Positions 12,260-26,800 of a DNA stretch of 64,000 nt are shown piece by piece. The position numbers and the translations under genes are program-made. Under the pieces are notes generated by a model. That model saw only the letters and a program-made list of their open reading frames with translations. It searched no databases and was not told the origin of the DNA. Position 1 is the stretch's first letter; the number at the start of each line of letters is the position of its first letter. Location of the stretch: NCBI RefSeq assembly GCF_037042905.1, contig NC_087250.1, forward strand, positions 21,826,001-21,890,000, in the 5' to 3' direction. The DNA is from Lytechinus pictus (Eukaryota).

Positions 12260-15200
12260 CTGTATGCAAAAATCAACAGTAGAATATTGTTTATCGACAC
12301 AATAAACACTCACCAATCTTAAATGACTTTCAATACCCAAAAGGTCGCAAAAAAGTGTTGGTATATTAAGTGGCTTGACAAAGGAACATCAGTCTTGTTC
12401 TGTTATACATTCATCTTCGACCGTCATTATCAGCATCATTATTATTATTAATATTATCATCACCATCCTGATCACCATCATCATCATAATCGTCAGCATT
12501 TTAATTACTTATCAGTGATTTTATCGACAATTATCTGCAGTTAGGACTTGACGTCTTGCACTTCTACTAACGGACGAGATCTAATAAGTACATCCACTAT
12601 TAGATGTGTAAATGAAAATGCTCTAACTGAATCTGGCGGTTCTTACCAGAAAATGAAGATCCGAGAAAAGTTCCGACTCCCAACACAATCTCATACGAGG
12701 CTAGTATAACTGGAAAGTGTGAACGATGAGCCCTCTCTTTACAAATCACCAATAGGAGAACGTTCCTCTCGGCAATCGTCAGTGACGTAATGAATGACGT
12801 CACAATCATCACAGCAAGTTCAGGAACAAAGGTATCTACAAGAAGCGATATGATGTTGAGTAAAGTTAGGAAAAGAAATAAGCATTTGCCATTGAATAGT
12901 TTGGAACCAATAAGCATTCCACTGGAACAACGGCCGATAAAGGCTGCAGTAGCCACTGAGTAAGCAATGTATAACGCCCTGGATGTAGGTTTCCCGATCA
13001 ATGCCACTGCACGTGGGATGAGGAAGGAGTACCAACCACCATTTAGAATGGCGTACACCAGACCAAGGAACATCAGAAGGACCATCATACGATCTTGATT
13101 GTAGATGGAGTCCTTGATGATTCGGCATCCAGTGGCGTAAAGCTCGGAACAAATCGATTGACCTTTTTTGCAACGCCCTTTTCCACTATGCACATTATTC
13201 ATGTTCGAAACGTCTTCATCCCGTTTACCAGTGGATGACCCCAGTATTAAAGCTGTATCTTCGCTTGCCTCTGCACTGAATTCCCCAAGCGGGACGCCCT
13301 CTACGTTGAGACCCACCATCAAGGCCAAAGGTATAAGGTGTGCCATGATGCCTGCGATGATCAATAAAGACCCTCTCCAGCCATATATTCCCATCAGGTA
13401 GTCAGCAAGTAGAGGGACAAGGGCCATCCCGAAGGCATATCCTGATTTGCCAATTCCGTAAAAGATCCCGAAGGCTTCACCAGATTGATTGCTCAAGGTG
13501 ATAACGAGCGAGATCGACAGAATGTTGGCACCGAGTCCTGCAAGAGACAAATATATACAATAACGTGACGTTATTTCTTTAATCCCTACTCAGGCAGCGA
13601 ATGGGATCTGATAATGGGCTTATTTCCGATTGGTATAATTCCAATTCGTCTAATTCCCAACTCGTCTACTATTATTTGTTCTACCATCGGTTCGTCCACT
13701 ATTTACATGGTCCGAATGCCATTTCGTTTACTCATCATTTCGTCTAATAACCAGTTTCTCCGATAGCCATTTAGTCTAATTGGACTAAGTCTTCATTGGG
13801 GGAAATGAATGGAAAATGGGTATTATACCTACTGGTTTATAAAACGAAATGGTCATAGACGAACTGGTGATTAGACGAAATGATGTTTATATGACCAAAA
13901 TGGTCGATAGATGAAATGTTGATGGGCGGAATGGCACTAGAACAAATGAAAGTAGACCACGTGATTAGTGGACGAGTTGGCAATATACGAATCGGCAGTT
14001 TACCGCTTTACCAGATGATGTCCCAATTATTGTTTGAAGAAAAGAGAAATAGGACTTGTATTAGGTTAAGTCTCTTTTCTGAAGTTGTTAATTTAGTACA
14101 TTCAGTATGTTTATGAAACATGGACCAGTAATCGTTTATCATTTACAAATTTAAATTGTTCTTGTACCACGACCCCTTTTGTTGGAATAAAGTGCTAGAC
14201 TGTACATACCAAATAAAAAAATTTGCTCACTGGATCGTCTTTTAAACGTAATTGTAGTATAATTTTTTTTCTCTGCATGGATATCAATAGAATGTATATA
14301 AACGGCTTTCTCAAAGACAAATATTGGATTATCTGTTTGTTTTTATTTTTCTTGATCTTTTTCTTCTAATTAAAAACTCAATAAGTTAATTATTTTGGGA
14401 CCAGCGTGTGATAAGCCCTTGGCATTTTCTAGTTCCCTCATACCCTCACTTATTATGTTCTTTCTATTGTGTGAATGTTGAAATTTTTATTTCTAAATTT
14501 GTTCGTAAATTTCGTATGTATTGATATTATTTATTGAAACTAATTAAACTTAAAATAATTGAATAAAATAAATAATGGAATAATCTGTTTATTTTCATCG
14601 TCGTCACCATCATCGCCATTACCACCAGGTGACACGACATTTGCTCCTGCGATTATTGCTTAATTCCGTCTAAGATGTAGGGTAGGGGTTAGGGTTGCAA
14701 TAGGGTTTCATTTAATAGCTTTAGGGTTAGGTTTGGGGTAGATTATAGTGTTAAACCCAGGGTTGAAGTTGGTCATTCGATTTATGTGTGAAATTTAGAG
14801 CGAAGCAGTTGTTACCGGAGCAAATATCATAGAACCAACCATCACCACTACATGTCATCACCACCTATGATATTTTTTTACAACATTATAATAATGATAT
14901 ACTTTATTGCTATCATTGAAACATTCCATACCGGCGACAGAAAGACACAGGCCTAATTGAACGCAGTTGGTAATTAACGATGCGAGCAAGAGCCCCGTTG
15001 TTGCTAACATTGCACCAGCCATCACGAGACACCTTCGAAATCCGCCGCGGAGTCTTTGGTAAAGGTATTCTACCATTGGTCCTGTGAAATACAATGATTG
15101 TATTTTAGATTTAAACAGTTAATGATTTGAATGATAGTTATGGAAAGAGTATAGAGTGGCTGATTAGTATCAGCAGAAGCACCAGTAACATGCAACAATA

Positions 15201-17815
15201 GTTGTTACACATGTATAGTGGTGGACCCCGGAAGCGAATTTAAAGGGGTGCCAGGAGTATCCCCCCCCCCCTCAAAAAAAAGAAAGGGAAACGAAGATAA
15301 AAAAGGGGGAAATAAATAAGACGAAGAGAAGGAGAAGGGAAAAGGAGAGAGAGAAAAGAACCGAAGTAAGGGGAAAGAAAAGGAAAGGAAAAATAAAGGG
15401 AAAGGGAGAAGAAAGAAAGGATCAGAAAGAGAAAAGAAGATGATGAAAAGGAGGGGAGGCCAAAGACAATTGACAACGGGAAGTGAAAAAGTGCAAGGTT
15501 CAGAAGGAAAATTGTAGATAAATAAAAGGGACAGAAAGAGAAAGAAAGAGATGGAAGATAAATCAAGAGAGTGAGAGGAAAGGAGAGTGATAAGGAGAAA
15601 GAGAGATAGAGAGAGGGGGGGGGGGTGAAGGGAATGCGAAATAATAGAACTATAGAACACCTTAAAAATAAGAATACAAAATCGTATTCAGATATAGCGT
15701 TCAAATATATCGACAGAATTGCTGTTTTGCGTATAGAAGAGGGACACCATACAAGATATATTAATGATTAATAACAGTATCATTTTTATATGAATGCCTA
15801 TAGTACAAGAGAAACGAAAATGGGGGGGGGGGGGTTGGAGACAAACCGCCCTTTCACACGGTAAAAAAAATCGTAATTTGAATGATTGCAGTGAAAAATA
15901 AGGCTAATGACGAATACTTAGCACGTGTGAAACCATACTAGAACATGATTAGAACCACGAATGCCTGCAATATTAAAAAAGAGAAGATCACTATCAGTGT
16001 AGTAAAATAACGCGAAATCGTCATTACGGTGTAGCGTTAATTTCGGTGAAAGTTACGTAATCTTCGCACACCGAATTCGCATAGCGGCAGCATGGTCGAG
16101 TGATTTTTGTAGCCTGTTAATAGTCGTTTCGCGCGTATTTGACACAGAAGCTTGCACCGTGCGATGATGCACACAGCACCCGCGTTCTTGACCGAAGAGC
16201 CGACCCAACATGCTCAATGAACTTACACACAAACTAAGGCCTATACCTCAGGTATCTTCCCTTGCATGCACACACCAAACCCCATCTCCCTGGTATACAC
16301 ATGATACATGTAATGATAAGCATGATAAGAGAGAATTGAGAGGAATGAGGGAAATTGTTCTCTGACCATCGTAATCATTGTGAATGTAGGCCTACAAAAC
16401 ATGCATTTTAACTGACTATACGGGACCAACCAGCCAGTATACCAGTTAAAATAGTCACCGTTTCCCCCTTTTCTGCACTTAACAGTCATTATAAAGCCAA
16501 AGGAAAAAATAAGGGATATTATGATTCATGTGATATTGGACAAGTCATGTAAGTTTTATAATTTCATCATGTTTCTGTTTTGTAATTGATGATCCTGATA
16601 ATTCCTTCACTGTGTCAGTGAACTGCATCAAGGACACATCATTTTTATATAGTTTTTAATGGTTTTTATTGTACATGTCAATCTTATGCTCCCGTTGATA
16701 TCACCTCTGAATATTAATACTAACGCAAATAACCTTCAATATCACTGTAGTAGTACGACGTTGTGTGCATACCAGTACACTACGCCGGTGTAGAATGAAA
16801 GTTCACATATCGGATACAAAAGTTTACGTGAATGACGGCTGTCATAAACGCCTACCAGACGTTTTATTCAGCTTTGCAAAACTGATGTACATGTTCTTTT
16901 GCTAATTTATAACAAAATGGCACGGTAAAAATCTAATCGGCATGGATAGATCGGATGCTAATAAAGTTGAAAAACAAAGTATCGTAGTTTGCGGAAATCC
17001 TTTTGTTTTGGGACAAATCGCCGGGAAGGGAAAGAAGGGGGAAGAGCTCGTGGAATCGTTCGCTCTCGCTTGTTTCTCATAGGGTTTGCGTGCAAATATC
17101 TGTGAACCGTTGGCAATGTGCAGTGCTCTCGCTGTTATCGATTCACTGTGGTGACCTCATTTTATGACATGTTTGCGTAATGACGATTTCGCGTGATTTT
17201 ACTACACTGACTATAGGAGGAGAAAAATAAATGAATCCTAAATTGTACATACAATTGTAACGTCAGCATTTTGATATTTTCAAAAAATAATTTCACGATA
17301 CTTTTCACCCTTTCTCACGGTAAAAAAAGTAATTTGAATGATGATTCCAGTGAAAAATATAGGTAAACGACGAATTTTTGCACGTGTGAAAACAAATAAA
17401 GAATTAAAATTCTACCCCTGAGGTGAATTTCAGTTAAGTTTTACTCAAATTACGGTACGAATTTTCCGTGTGAAAGGTCCGATGATTCTAAAGACGAATT
17501 GCAATCATCATTACAATGATGATTCAAGATTCACGTGTGAAAAGGCCCTAAGTCTGATTTCGAGTATTACGTGAAGATACATTTATTTATACCCGATATA
17601 ATTTATTGGCGCGAGTGTACCAGTAGGAATTGGATGACTCCCTCAACAGTGCTTCAAAATCGACCAATCCACTAATTTAGAACAAAGTGGGATAAGCATG
17701 AATTCAGCATAATTACCGAGAATCATTAACTCATTCTCATTTTACTCATTTTACTACCATCTGTTGAAATTGGAGAGTATTTTATCCTCTAGCCTTATAA
17801 TTACATGGTCTAAAG

Positions 17816-17860
<45 letters not shown>

Positions 17861-20800
17861 TAAAGATATATATATATATACATCCGATTTTGATAAAATT
17901 CTCAGCACTATGCTTGTATGATTTTGTTTTCTTTATTGATTCAAATCAACATTTTTCCGATGTTGACTTGATCTTTCATGAGTTGTTTGTTCGGCAAAAA
18001 TTTGCTTTAAATTGAAATTGAAATTGAAACTTTATTTACCACAATCTTCATAAAAAACATACAAATCAAGAAGTATAAATATATCAATAAAATACATTAT
18101 AACACAAGTGAGTATATTTAAGAATAGTGGGAGGATCACTGAAAACTTACAAAGAACTTGTAAATTAGTGATCCTGAAATTAACACAAAACAACACAATT
18201 GAAAAACAAATGCAGTGAGAAAATACAGAACAAACACACACAACATGTATACAATTGTATCTATATCAGTATTACTTTTAGTATTAGACTTTCTGCATGA
18301 AATGTATTTTTAAATGTCTTTTAAAGCTTTAAAGGGTTTTGCACTGCTTGATATTTTGAGGGAACTTATTCCAAATAATAGGACCCCTACATAAAAATAT
18401 GTTGTTTGAGAAAGAATAATGACCATTATATTGCACGAGCATCAGCTGAATTTCTAGTATTATATGTACATATATATACTGATTTATATAGCGCAGAAAC
18501 TATGTGCATATATTCTACTGAGCTGCAATTAAGAGCTGGTGAAATGCTTGAGAACAAATTTAGAAAAGGGGGTAAAGAAATGTATGGGAATTATTTGAAC
18601 AGATAGGTTTTTAGTTTAAGTTTGAACATTTCTACTGATGGACAGGATCTTATTACATACGGCAAAGCATTCCATAATTTTGGGGCTACACAGGCACAAG
18701 CACGATCTCCCAAAGTTATCTTTGTATTATGAGTGGGGATATGAAGGAGCAAATTATCATGAGAACTGCGCAGGTTAATTGTGAGAGTGTCTGTGAGCTT
18801 TTCTTTGTAAAAGCTCCGAAATATAACTGGGGGCTTGGCCACTTAGTGCCTTGTATACGATTAACAAAATCTTGAGAGATATTCGTTGGCGAACTGGAAG
18901 CCAGTGCAGATCTTTTAAGACAGGGGTGATCCTTGAAAATCTAGATTGACTACAAATCAGCCGTGCACATGCGTTCTGTACTCGCTGAAGACGCCCAATT
19001 TGAGACGAGGGGAGCCCATACAGCAAACTGTTACGATAATCTACCTTACTAATAATGCATGCATGGACAATTGTTTTCATGCTTTCATTGTCAAAGTATT
19101 TTCGTATACGTCTGAGGTTGTATATCATATGAAATGAAGATTTACACACATTGGTAATATGTGCTTCCATATTCAATTGCGAGTCAAAAAATACTCCAAG
19201 ATTTCATACATTAGAATCTGGTTCTATGACTGAACTGCCAACTGATATCCCGTCAAAATCTAGCTTATTCAGTTGTTTAGATGTGCCGGTAACTAGCAAT
19301 TCTGTTTTACTGTCATTTAGCATAAGTTTGTTATGCAACATCCATTCATGTATGTACCCAACACAATCTTCTAGAAGAGAGATGCTCTGCTGCTGAGCAA
19401 GCAAGTCTGACGTAAAAGACAGATAGACCTGTGTGTCATCTGCGTAGCAGTGACAAGATACTTGAGGAAATATACTATGTATATTTGTAATGAGATGACT
19501 TGTGTATAAAGTGAACAGTAGAGGGCCGAGACGGGACCCTTGCGGGACTCCGAAAGGTACTGGGAAAATTTCAGAAACAGTTTCATCAATTTGGATCCGC
19601 TGACATCTGTCAGTTAAATATGATTCTATCCAGTCAAGTACTACACCCTTAATACCAAAGTATTTGTTTAGTGCATGCAATAGGTTAGTATGATCTAATA
19701 AGATCTAATAAAAGTAATAAGGTGACTTTCTTATCATCCATAGCCATGAGAATATCACTCTTAATTCTTAACAGTGTGGTTTCAGTACTGTGATACTGTC
19801 TGTAGGCTGACTGATTAATTGGAAGAAGAGAGTTGCGGTCAAGGTGATTCATTATTTGCGTATATGCAGCACCTTCCACGAGCTTCGATACATACTTCAG
19901 ATTACTTACAGGCCGAAGATTACAGAATTTTGTTTCCAAACAGGTTTTTTTCAGAGCGGTTTTCCATAGCGAAGGAAAATTACCAGATGACAATGAAAGA
20001 TTAATTAGAGATGTGATGGTGGGAATCAGTGTGTCCGTACACTGTAAAAGAATCTTTGTGGGCATTGGGTCCGATGCACACGAGTTTTTGCTGTACTTGG
20101 TTATCAGTTTATTAACATCATGTTCTGAAAGAAGAGTAAAGTTAATAAAGTCAGGTACATCATGGGAGGAAACCTGAAGGTAATCTATCCGTGGATTGCT
20201 ACTTGCATTCAATCTTGACTCAATATTTTCATGGATCTGTATTACTTTGTTCTGAAAAAAATTGCCTAAATCATCCACAAAGCCCTGTTTGTCAAGAATG
20301 CATGGTATTACAGGTTGCTTATTAGCAATATTCAACAGAGACTTCACAACACGAAATAACTGTTTTTGATCAACTTTGTTTTCCATAATTAAATCATTGT
20401 GATTGCGCAGTGACTTATACCTGTTCCAATCGCTCTCCGTCCTAGATTTTGACCAACGCTTTTCAGCTTTCCTTTTCTGTATTTTTGAAATCCTTACATT
20501 ATCAGTGAACCAAGGCACTTGAGTTCGCAGAACAACTTTTTTAGTTACGACAGGTGCATGTTTATCTAAGATACTATTTAGTGTAATGAGACCAATTCCT
20601 CAAGATCACAAGGTGTATGTTTGCAAAGATTACTATCAGCTATATCAAGCTTCATCGCATCAATATCAATTACTCCAAGCCTACGGAATGACATTACTTT
20701 AGAAGGCAGTGGAGGTTTGTACGGAAGCTTAGACGTGCCCCCAGAAGACAAGATGAGAAGACGAGAAAAAGAGCCAAGATGACAAGAAGACGAGGAAAGA

Positions 20801-23800
20801 AGACAAGAATACGAGATCCTCAATCTTGTCATGTCGATTTATTTAGGATGAGAAGGCGAGATGACAAGATCCATTATCTCGACATGTTGACTTATTTTGG
20901 ATGAGAAGATGAGAAGACAAGATCATCAATCTCGTCAAGTCGACTTATTTAGGATGAGAAGGCGAGATGACAAGATCCATTATCTCGACATGTCGACTTA
21001 TTTAGGATGAGAAGGCGAGATGACAAGATCCATTATCTCGACATGTCGACTTATTTAGGATGAGAAGGCGAGATGACAAGATTCATTATCTCGACATGTG
21101 GACTTATTTAGGATGAGAAGATGAGAAGACAAGATCATCAATCTCGTCAAGTCGACTTCGTCAGGACGAGAAGGTAAGAAGACAAGATCCTCAATCTCGT
21201 CAAGTCGACTTATTTAGGATGAGAAGACAAGAAGACAAGATCCTCAATCTCGTCAAGTCGACTTATTTAGGATGAGAAGACAAGAAGACAAGATCCTCAA
21301 TCTCGTCAAGTCGACATGTTTAGGACAAGAAGATAAGAAAACAAGATACAGAATCTCATCAAGTCGACTTATTTAGGATGTGAAGATGAGAAGACAAGAT
21401 CCTCAATCTCGTCAAGTCAACTTATTAAGGATGCGAAGATGAGAAGACAAGATCATCGCGCTGGAGTTATCGACCAATAACGCCCGACCAATAAGGATTT
21501 TGAAGATAGCGGACTATAAATCATTATATTTTGCGTACAGTGTCTACAAAAGCACGAACTGAAATTGAAATTATATTAAAAGATATCAATTATCTATTGA
21601 AGTTAAAACTAAAAAACTTATAAACATCTATTAACCATTAGTAATAATATAAGAATAATAAAACTCTCAGTGCAGATTGGTGGTTGCGGGAGCGAGCCAG
21701 ATTAGGGGCGCGCATGGATGACAACGTAACAAAAAATGTGATTTTCCTTTTTTTTTAATCTTTATATGCCCACAATGCAAAAACAAGGATAAAAAACACC
21801 TAGAACATGGCCCATCAGTTGGAGTAAATAGTGTGTGTGTTTGGATGGGGGATGTGACAGACACAAATTTTGTTCTCTTCGGTGAATGAGGATTTTTTTT
21901 GGGGGGGGCTAGTTGTTGTTTTTTTGCAGGCGTAACCGTTAGTCAAAAATAATTATGGGTCATGGAGGGGGGGGGGTGGCAAATATGGCATAAAAGACAA
22001 ATTCTATTAATAAAAAATTGAAACTACGGGAACATCAGCCTCATCACCCACTTTAGTTTGTTGCACAAGGGCGTAAATACGGGGGATTCATGATCCGCCC
22101 ATGCCGTTCTGTTTGTTTCTGTTTGTTTGGCATATAAATACCCCCCTCACTTTTTAAGACAGGAACGATATTTTTTAATCATAAACTGATTAATATAGGC
22201 CACTGCCGTTAATTCGTGGATTCGTATGTTAATGCATTTTGGGTGCTTCGGTCGCTAGGCTCATTCGCTTAATCTATATAATATATTCTTATTGGATTTC
22301 GCGATGATAAATCCCAATGTTAAGCTCATGCACTGGCAGATCAAGGGGGGCACATCCCTATAGTTGGAATATTCTTTTAAAAATAGATATTGCCCTTTTC
22401 CCTGATAAATTTCACGTGCTGCAACACCGGGTCTAACTCTTATTGTTGCAATTAGAAAACTAAATCTAAGACCCCCTTAATCATGAAAATTAATTAGCGG
22501 AAATCTACGGCAAAATTCAATATTTTTCTTCAAAATAAAATATCGAGAGACATACCGCCATTTCGCCCAGTGAAGGTCCCATGCTGGAATCAGAGGTAAA
22601 AATGGCAATTAATGGCCATTATTACCTCTGCCATTTTTACCTTTGCCATCTTTACCTTTGCCCGTTTTTACCTCTGCATTATAAAAAAATTAACATTGTT
22701 AACACAAGGCGTAACGATCAATAACATTTTATGAACATTTATATTCTTTATCACCAGTTTTATTATGATCATCGTTTTGGATTATCATGATCATCATATT
22801 TATTTTTATTACCAGCAGAAGCTCTTATTAAAAATGACATCCCCTCCCAGTGACGTACCGTGGGTCACGACATTGGGGGGGGGGGGGACCAGCAAAATTC
22901 TTGAGTCACTTAGTGAGCGCGCGAAGCTCGCTCAGTTGTCAGGTATACTGACCTAATAGAGACATTTTAAGGAAGCACTTGTTGTCATTGTAATCATGAA
23001 TAATATTTGCATCTCAGCAATCAAATAATGCGAGCGCGAAGCGCGAGCTGAAATTTTTTGATATTCAGACCTAAAAAGGGACTTTATAATCGATTTTTTG
23101 TGATCATGATACGTACCTGTTTCGCTAAACAATGCGAGCGCGATGCGCGAGCCGAAATTTTTTGTATACATTGATCCCAAACAGGGATATCTTAAGGACT
23201 ATATTTTAGGAATCTCTTAATAGTATACATATCGCACCAAAGTCATCTAATGCGAGTGCCAAGCGCTTGCTGATTTTGTTAGAATTACATCTGAACACAT
23301 GAAGCACTTTTTGTAGTCAATGTAATCATGATTATCATACGCATCTCACTAATCAAATATTGCGAGCGCGAAGCGTGAAAATTTAGATAATTCAGACCTG
23401 AAGCGGGGCAGTCTAAGGCTTGTTTGTAAGAATTCACTAAGACCATTCGTATTTCACTAACCAAATGATGCGAGCGCGAAGCGCTAGCTGATTTTTTTTG
23501 GATATTTAGATCAGAAAAAGGGACATTTCAAGGACTGATTTTAGGAATTCATGGAGAGCAGACATATCTCACCAATCCACTGAAGCGAACGTAATCACGG
23601 ACAGGAAATGTTTAATATTAAAACCTTAACATGGGGCAATCACTTTAAGTAGTCATGAAAAAGAACCATATGTCACTACATAAAACAATAATATATTTGG
23701 TGTATATTGACTTGAAAACAGGAGGTTTTCGTACAACAGGTTTATATATCTCTTTAAACAGACAATGCGAGCACCAGGAACAATGAAGATATGGACCCTG

Positions 23801-26800
23801 AGCAAATTATGTTTCATAAAGTTATGATAAAAATGTTTCCTATGTAAAATAACATAACATGATCATAATACAATATACAATTATAATGAATAATAATTTC
23901 TTCTTTCCCACTACGTTCCTCTTCCTTTCTCCCTCTTTTTCTCCTTTTCCCCGTTTTTTTTTTGGGTCAGCCGATGGGGGGGGGGGGGGGGGGGGGGACA
24001 CGTGCCCCCCATGCCCCCCTGTAGTTACGCCGTCCCCTCTAATACAAATCCTATTTTATAGAGGTTACTCACACGCGACCAACACACTTAATCCCCTGCA
24101 TCTTTAAACCATTTGCTTGGGGTGCAATTGCTCAGATAAAATCGAAATTAAGCGTATGCTTGATCCGACCGCTTATTCTTAATGCAATACATGTTTGGAA
24201 ACAAAACAAACATGTCTCACCGTTCGTTATTTTATTATTTCATAATATCATGTTATCTTGTAAGGACAACACCTTTCTTTTTATCAAAATGAATTAATTT
24301 CATTTTCGGAAATACGCACCCTATTTAATTTTCGGATTAACGAACCTTATTTCGTTTTCAGACTAACACACCTTCGGATTAATGAACCTTATTTCGTTTT
24401 TCGACTAACGAACCTACGGAATTGCGAACCTCATTTCAATTTCGGATTAACGAACCTTCGGAATAACGGAGCTTCGGAATTACGAATGTATGCAAAATCT
24501 ACGACCCAATCCTGGAAATAGGCGAAAATCGCAAAATCAAGCCAAAATTAATATTTTTCTTTGATCGAAATAAAACATATCGAATGACACATATTGGGAA
24601 TAGTGATTGGCGTTTTCTAAAAGCCCAGATATTCCCCTTTCACCTGCCGTAGGTCCCATGCTGGAACACTCGAACTAACTCTTAATGTATACAAACGATT
24701 CTATGACCCATTCCAGGAAATAGGCGAAAATCGCAAAATCCCGCCAAAATTAATCTTTTTCTTTGATCGAAATAAAACATATCGAATGACATATATTGGG
24801 AATAGTGATTGGCGTTTCCTGAAAGCCCAGATTTTCCCCTTTCACCTGTCGTAGGTTCCATGCTGGGCTTTCAGAAAACGTCAATCACTATTCCCAATAT
24901 ATGTCATTCGATATGTTTTATTTCGATCAAAGAAAAAGATAAATTTTGGCGGGATTTTGCGATTTTCGCCTATTTCCTGGAAGGTGTCGTAGATTCAATC
25001 GTAAACAATAAGAGTTAGATTGAGTGTTCCAGCATGGGACCTATACTAAGTGAAAGGACAGTATCTGCGCTTTTAGAAAACGCCAATCACTATTCCAAAT
25101 ATATGTCATTCGGTATGTTTTATTTCGATCAAAGAAAAATATTAATTTTGGCTTGATTTTGCGATTTTCGCCTATTTCCAGGATTGGGTCATAGATTTTG
25201 CATACATTCGTAATTCCGAAGCTCCGTTATTCCGTAGGTTCGTTATTCCTAAGGTTCGTTAATCCGAAATCGAAATGAGGTTCGCTATTCCGTTGGTTCG
25301 TTAGTCGAAAAACGAAATAAGGTTCATTAATCCGAAGGTGTGTTAGTCTGAAAACGAAATAAGGTTCGTTAATCCGAAAATTAAATAGGGTGCGTATTTC
25401 CGAAAATGAAATTAATTCATTTTGATAAAAAGAAAGGTGATGTCCTTACAAGATAACATGATATTATGAAATAATAAAATAACGAACGATGAGACATGTT
25501 TGTTTTGTTTCCAAACATGTATTGCATTAAGAATAAGCGGTCGGATCAAGCATACGCTTAATTTCGATTTTATCTGAGCAATTGCACCCCAAGCAAATGG
25601 TTTAAAGATGCAGGGGATTAAGTGTGTTGGTCGCGTGCGAGTAACCTCTATAAAATAGGATTTGTATTGGAGAGGACGGCGTAACTACAGGGGGGCATGG
25701 GGGGCACGTGCCCCCCCCCCCCCATCGGCTGACCCCAAAAAACGGGGAAAAGGAGAAAAAGAGGGAGAAAAGAAGAGGAACGTAGTGGGAAAGAAGAAAT
25801 TATTATTCATTATAATTGTATATTGTATTATGGTCATGTTATGTTATTTTACATAGGAAACATTTTTATCATATAACTTTATGAAACATAATTTGCTCAG
25901 GGTCCATATCTTCATTGTTCCTGGTGCTCGCATTGTCTGTTTAAAGAGATATATAAACCTGTTGTACGAAAACCTCCTGTTTTCAAGTCAATATACACCA
26001 AATATATTATTGTTTTATATAGTGACATATGGTTCTTTTTCATGACTACTTAAAGTGATTGCCCCATGTTAAGGTCTTAATATAAAACATTTCCTGTCCG
26101 TGATTACGTTCGCTTCAGTGGATTGGTGAGATATGTCTGCTCTCCATGAATTCCTAAAATCAGTCCTTGAAATGTCCCTTTTTCTGATCTAAATATCCAA
26201 AAAAATTCAGCTAGCGCTTCGCGCTCGCATCATTTGGTTAGTGAAATACGAATGGTCTTAGTGAATTCTTACAAACAAGCCTTAGACTGCCCCGCTTCAG
26301 GTCTGAATTATCTAAATTTTCACGCTTCGCGCTCGCAATATTTGATTAGTGAGATGCGTATGATAATCATGATTACTTTGACTACAAAAAGTGCTTCATG
26401 TGTTCAGATGTAATTTTAACAAAATCAGCAAGTGCTTGGCACTCGCATTACATGACTATAGTGAGATATGTATACTCCTTTAAAAAAAAATCCTGTTTTG
26501 TGTCAATATAAACACAAATTTCAGCTCGTGCTTCGCTCTCGCATCATTTTGTTATTGAAATACGTATGGTTTTGCGAATTCCTACAAACAATCCTTAAAT
26601 TGCCTCTCTTCGTGTTTGAAATTCCTGATTTTTTAGCTCGCGCTTCGCGCTCGCAATATTTGATTAGTGAGATGCCTATGTTATTCATGATTACAATGAC
26701 TACAAGTGTTTCATATGTGTTTAAATGTAATTCTAACAAAATCAGCAAGCGCTTGGCACTCGCATTAGATGACTTTGGTGAGATATGTATACTATTAAGA

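Noticed and set aside
14670..14770. Telomere-like GGGTTAGGGTT
   Set aside because: Only one or two degenerate units, inside a small MITE
20790..21456. Regularly spaced repeats resembling a CRISPR array
   Set aside because: Contiguous 53-bp tandem units with no unique spacers, eukaryotic context, no cas genes
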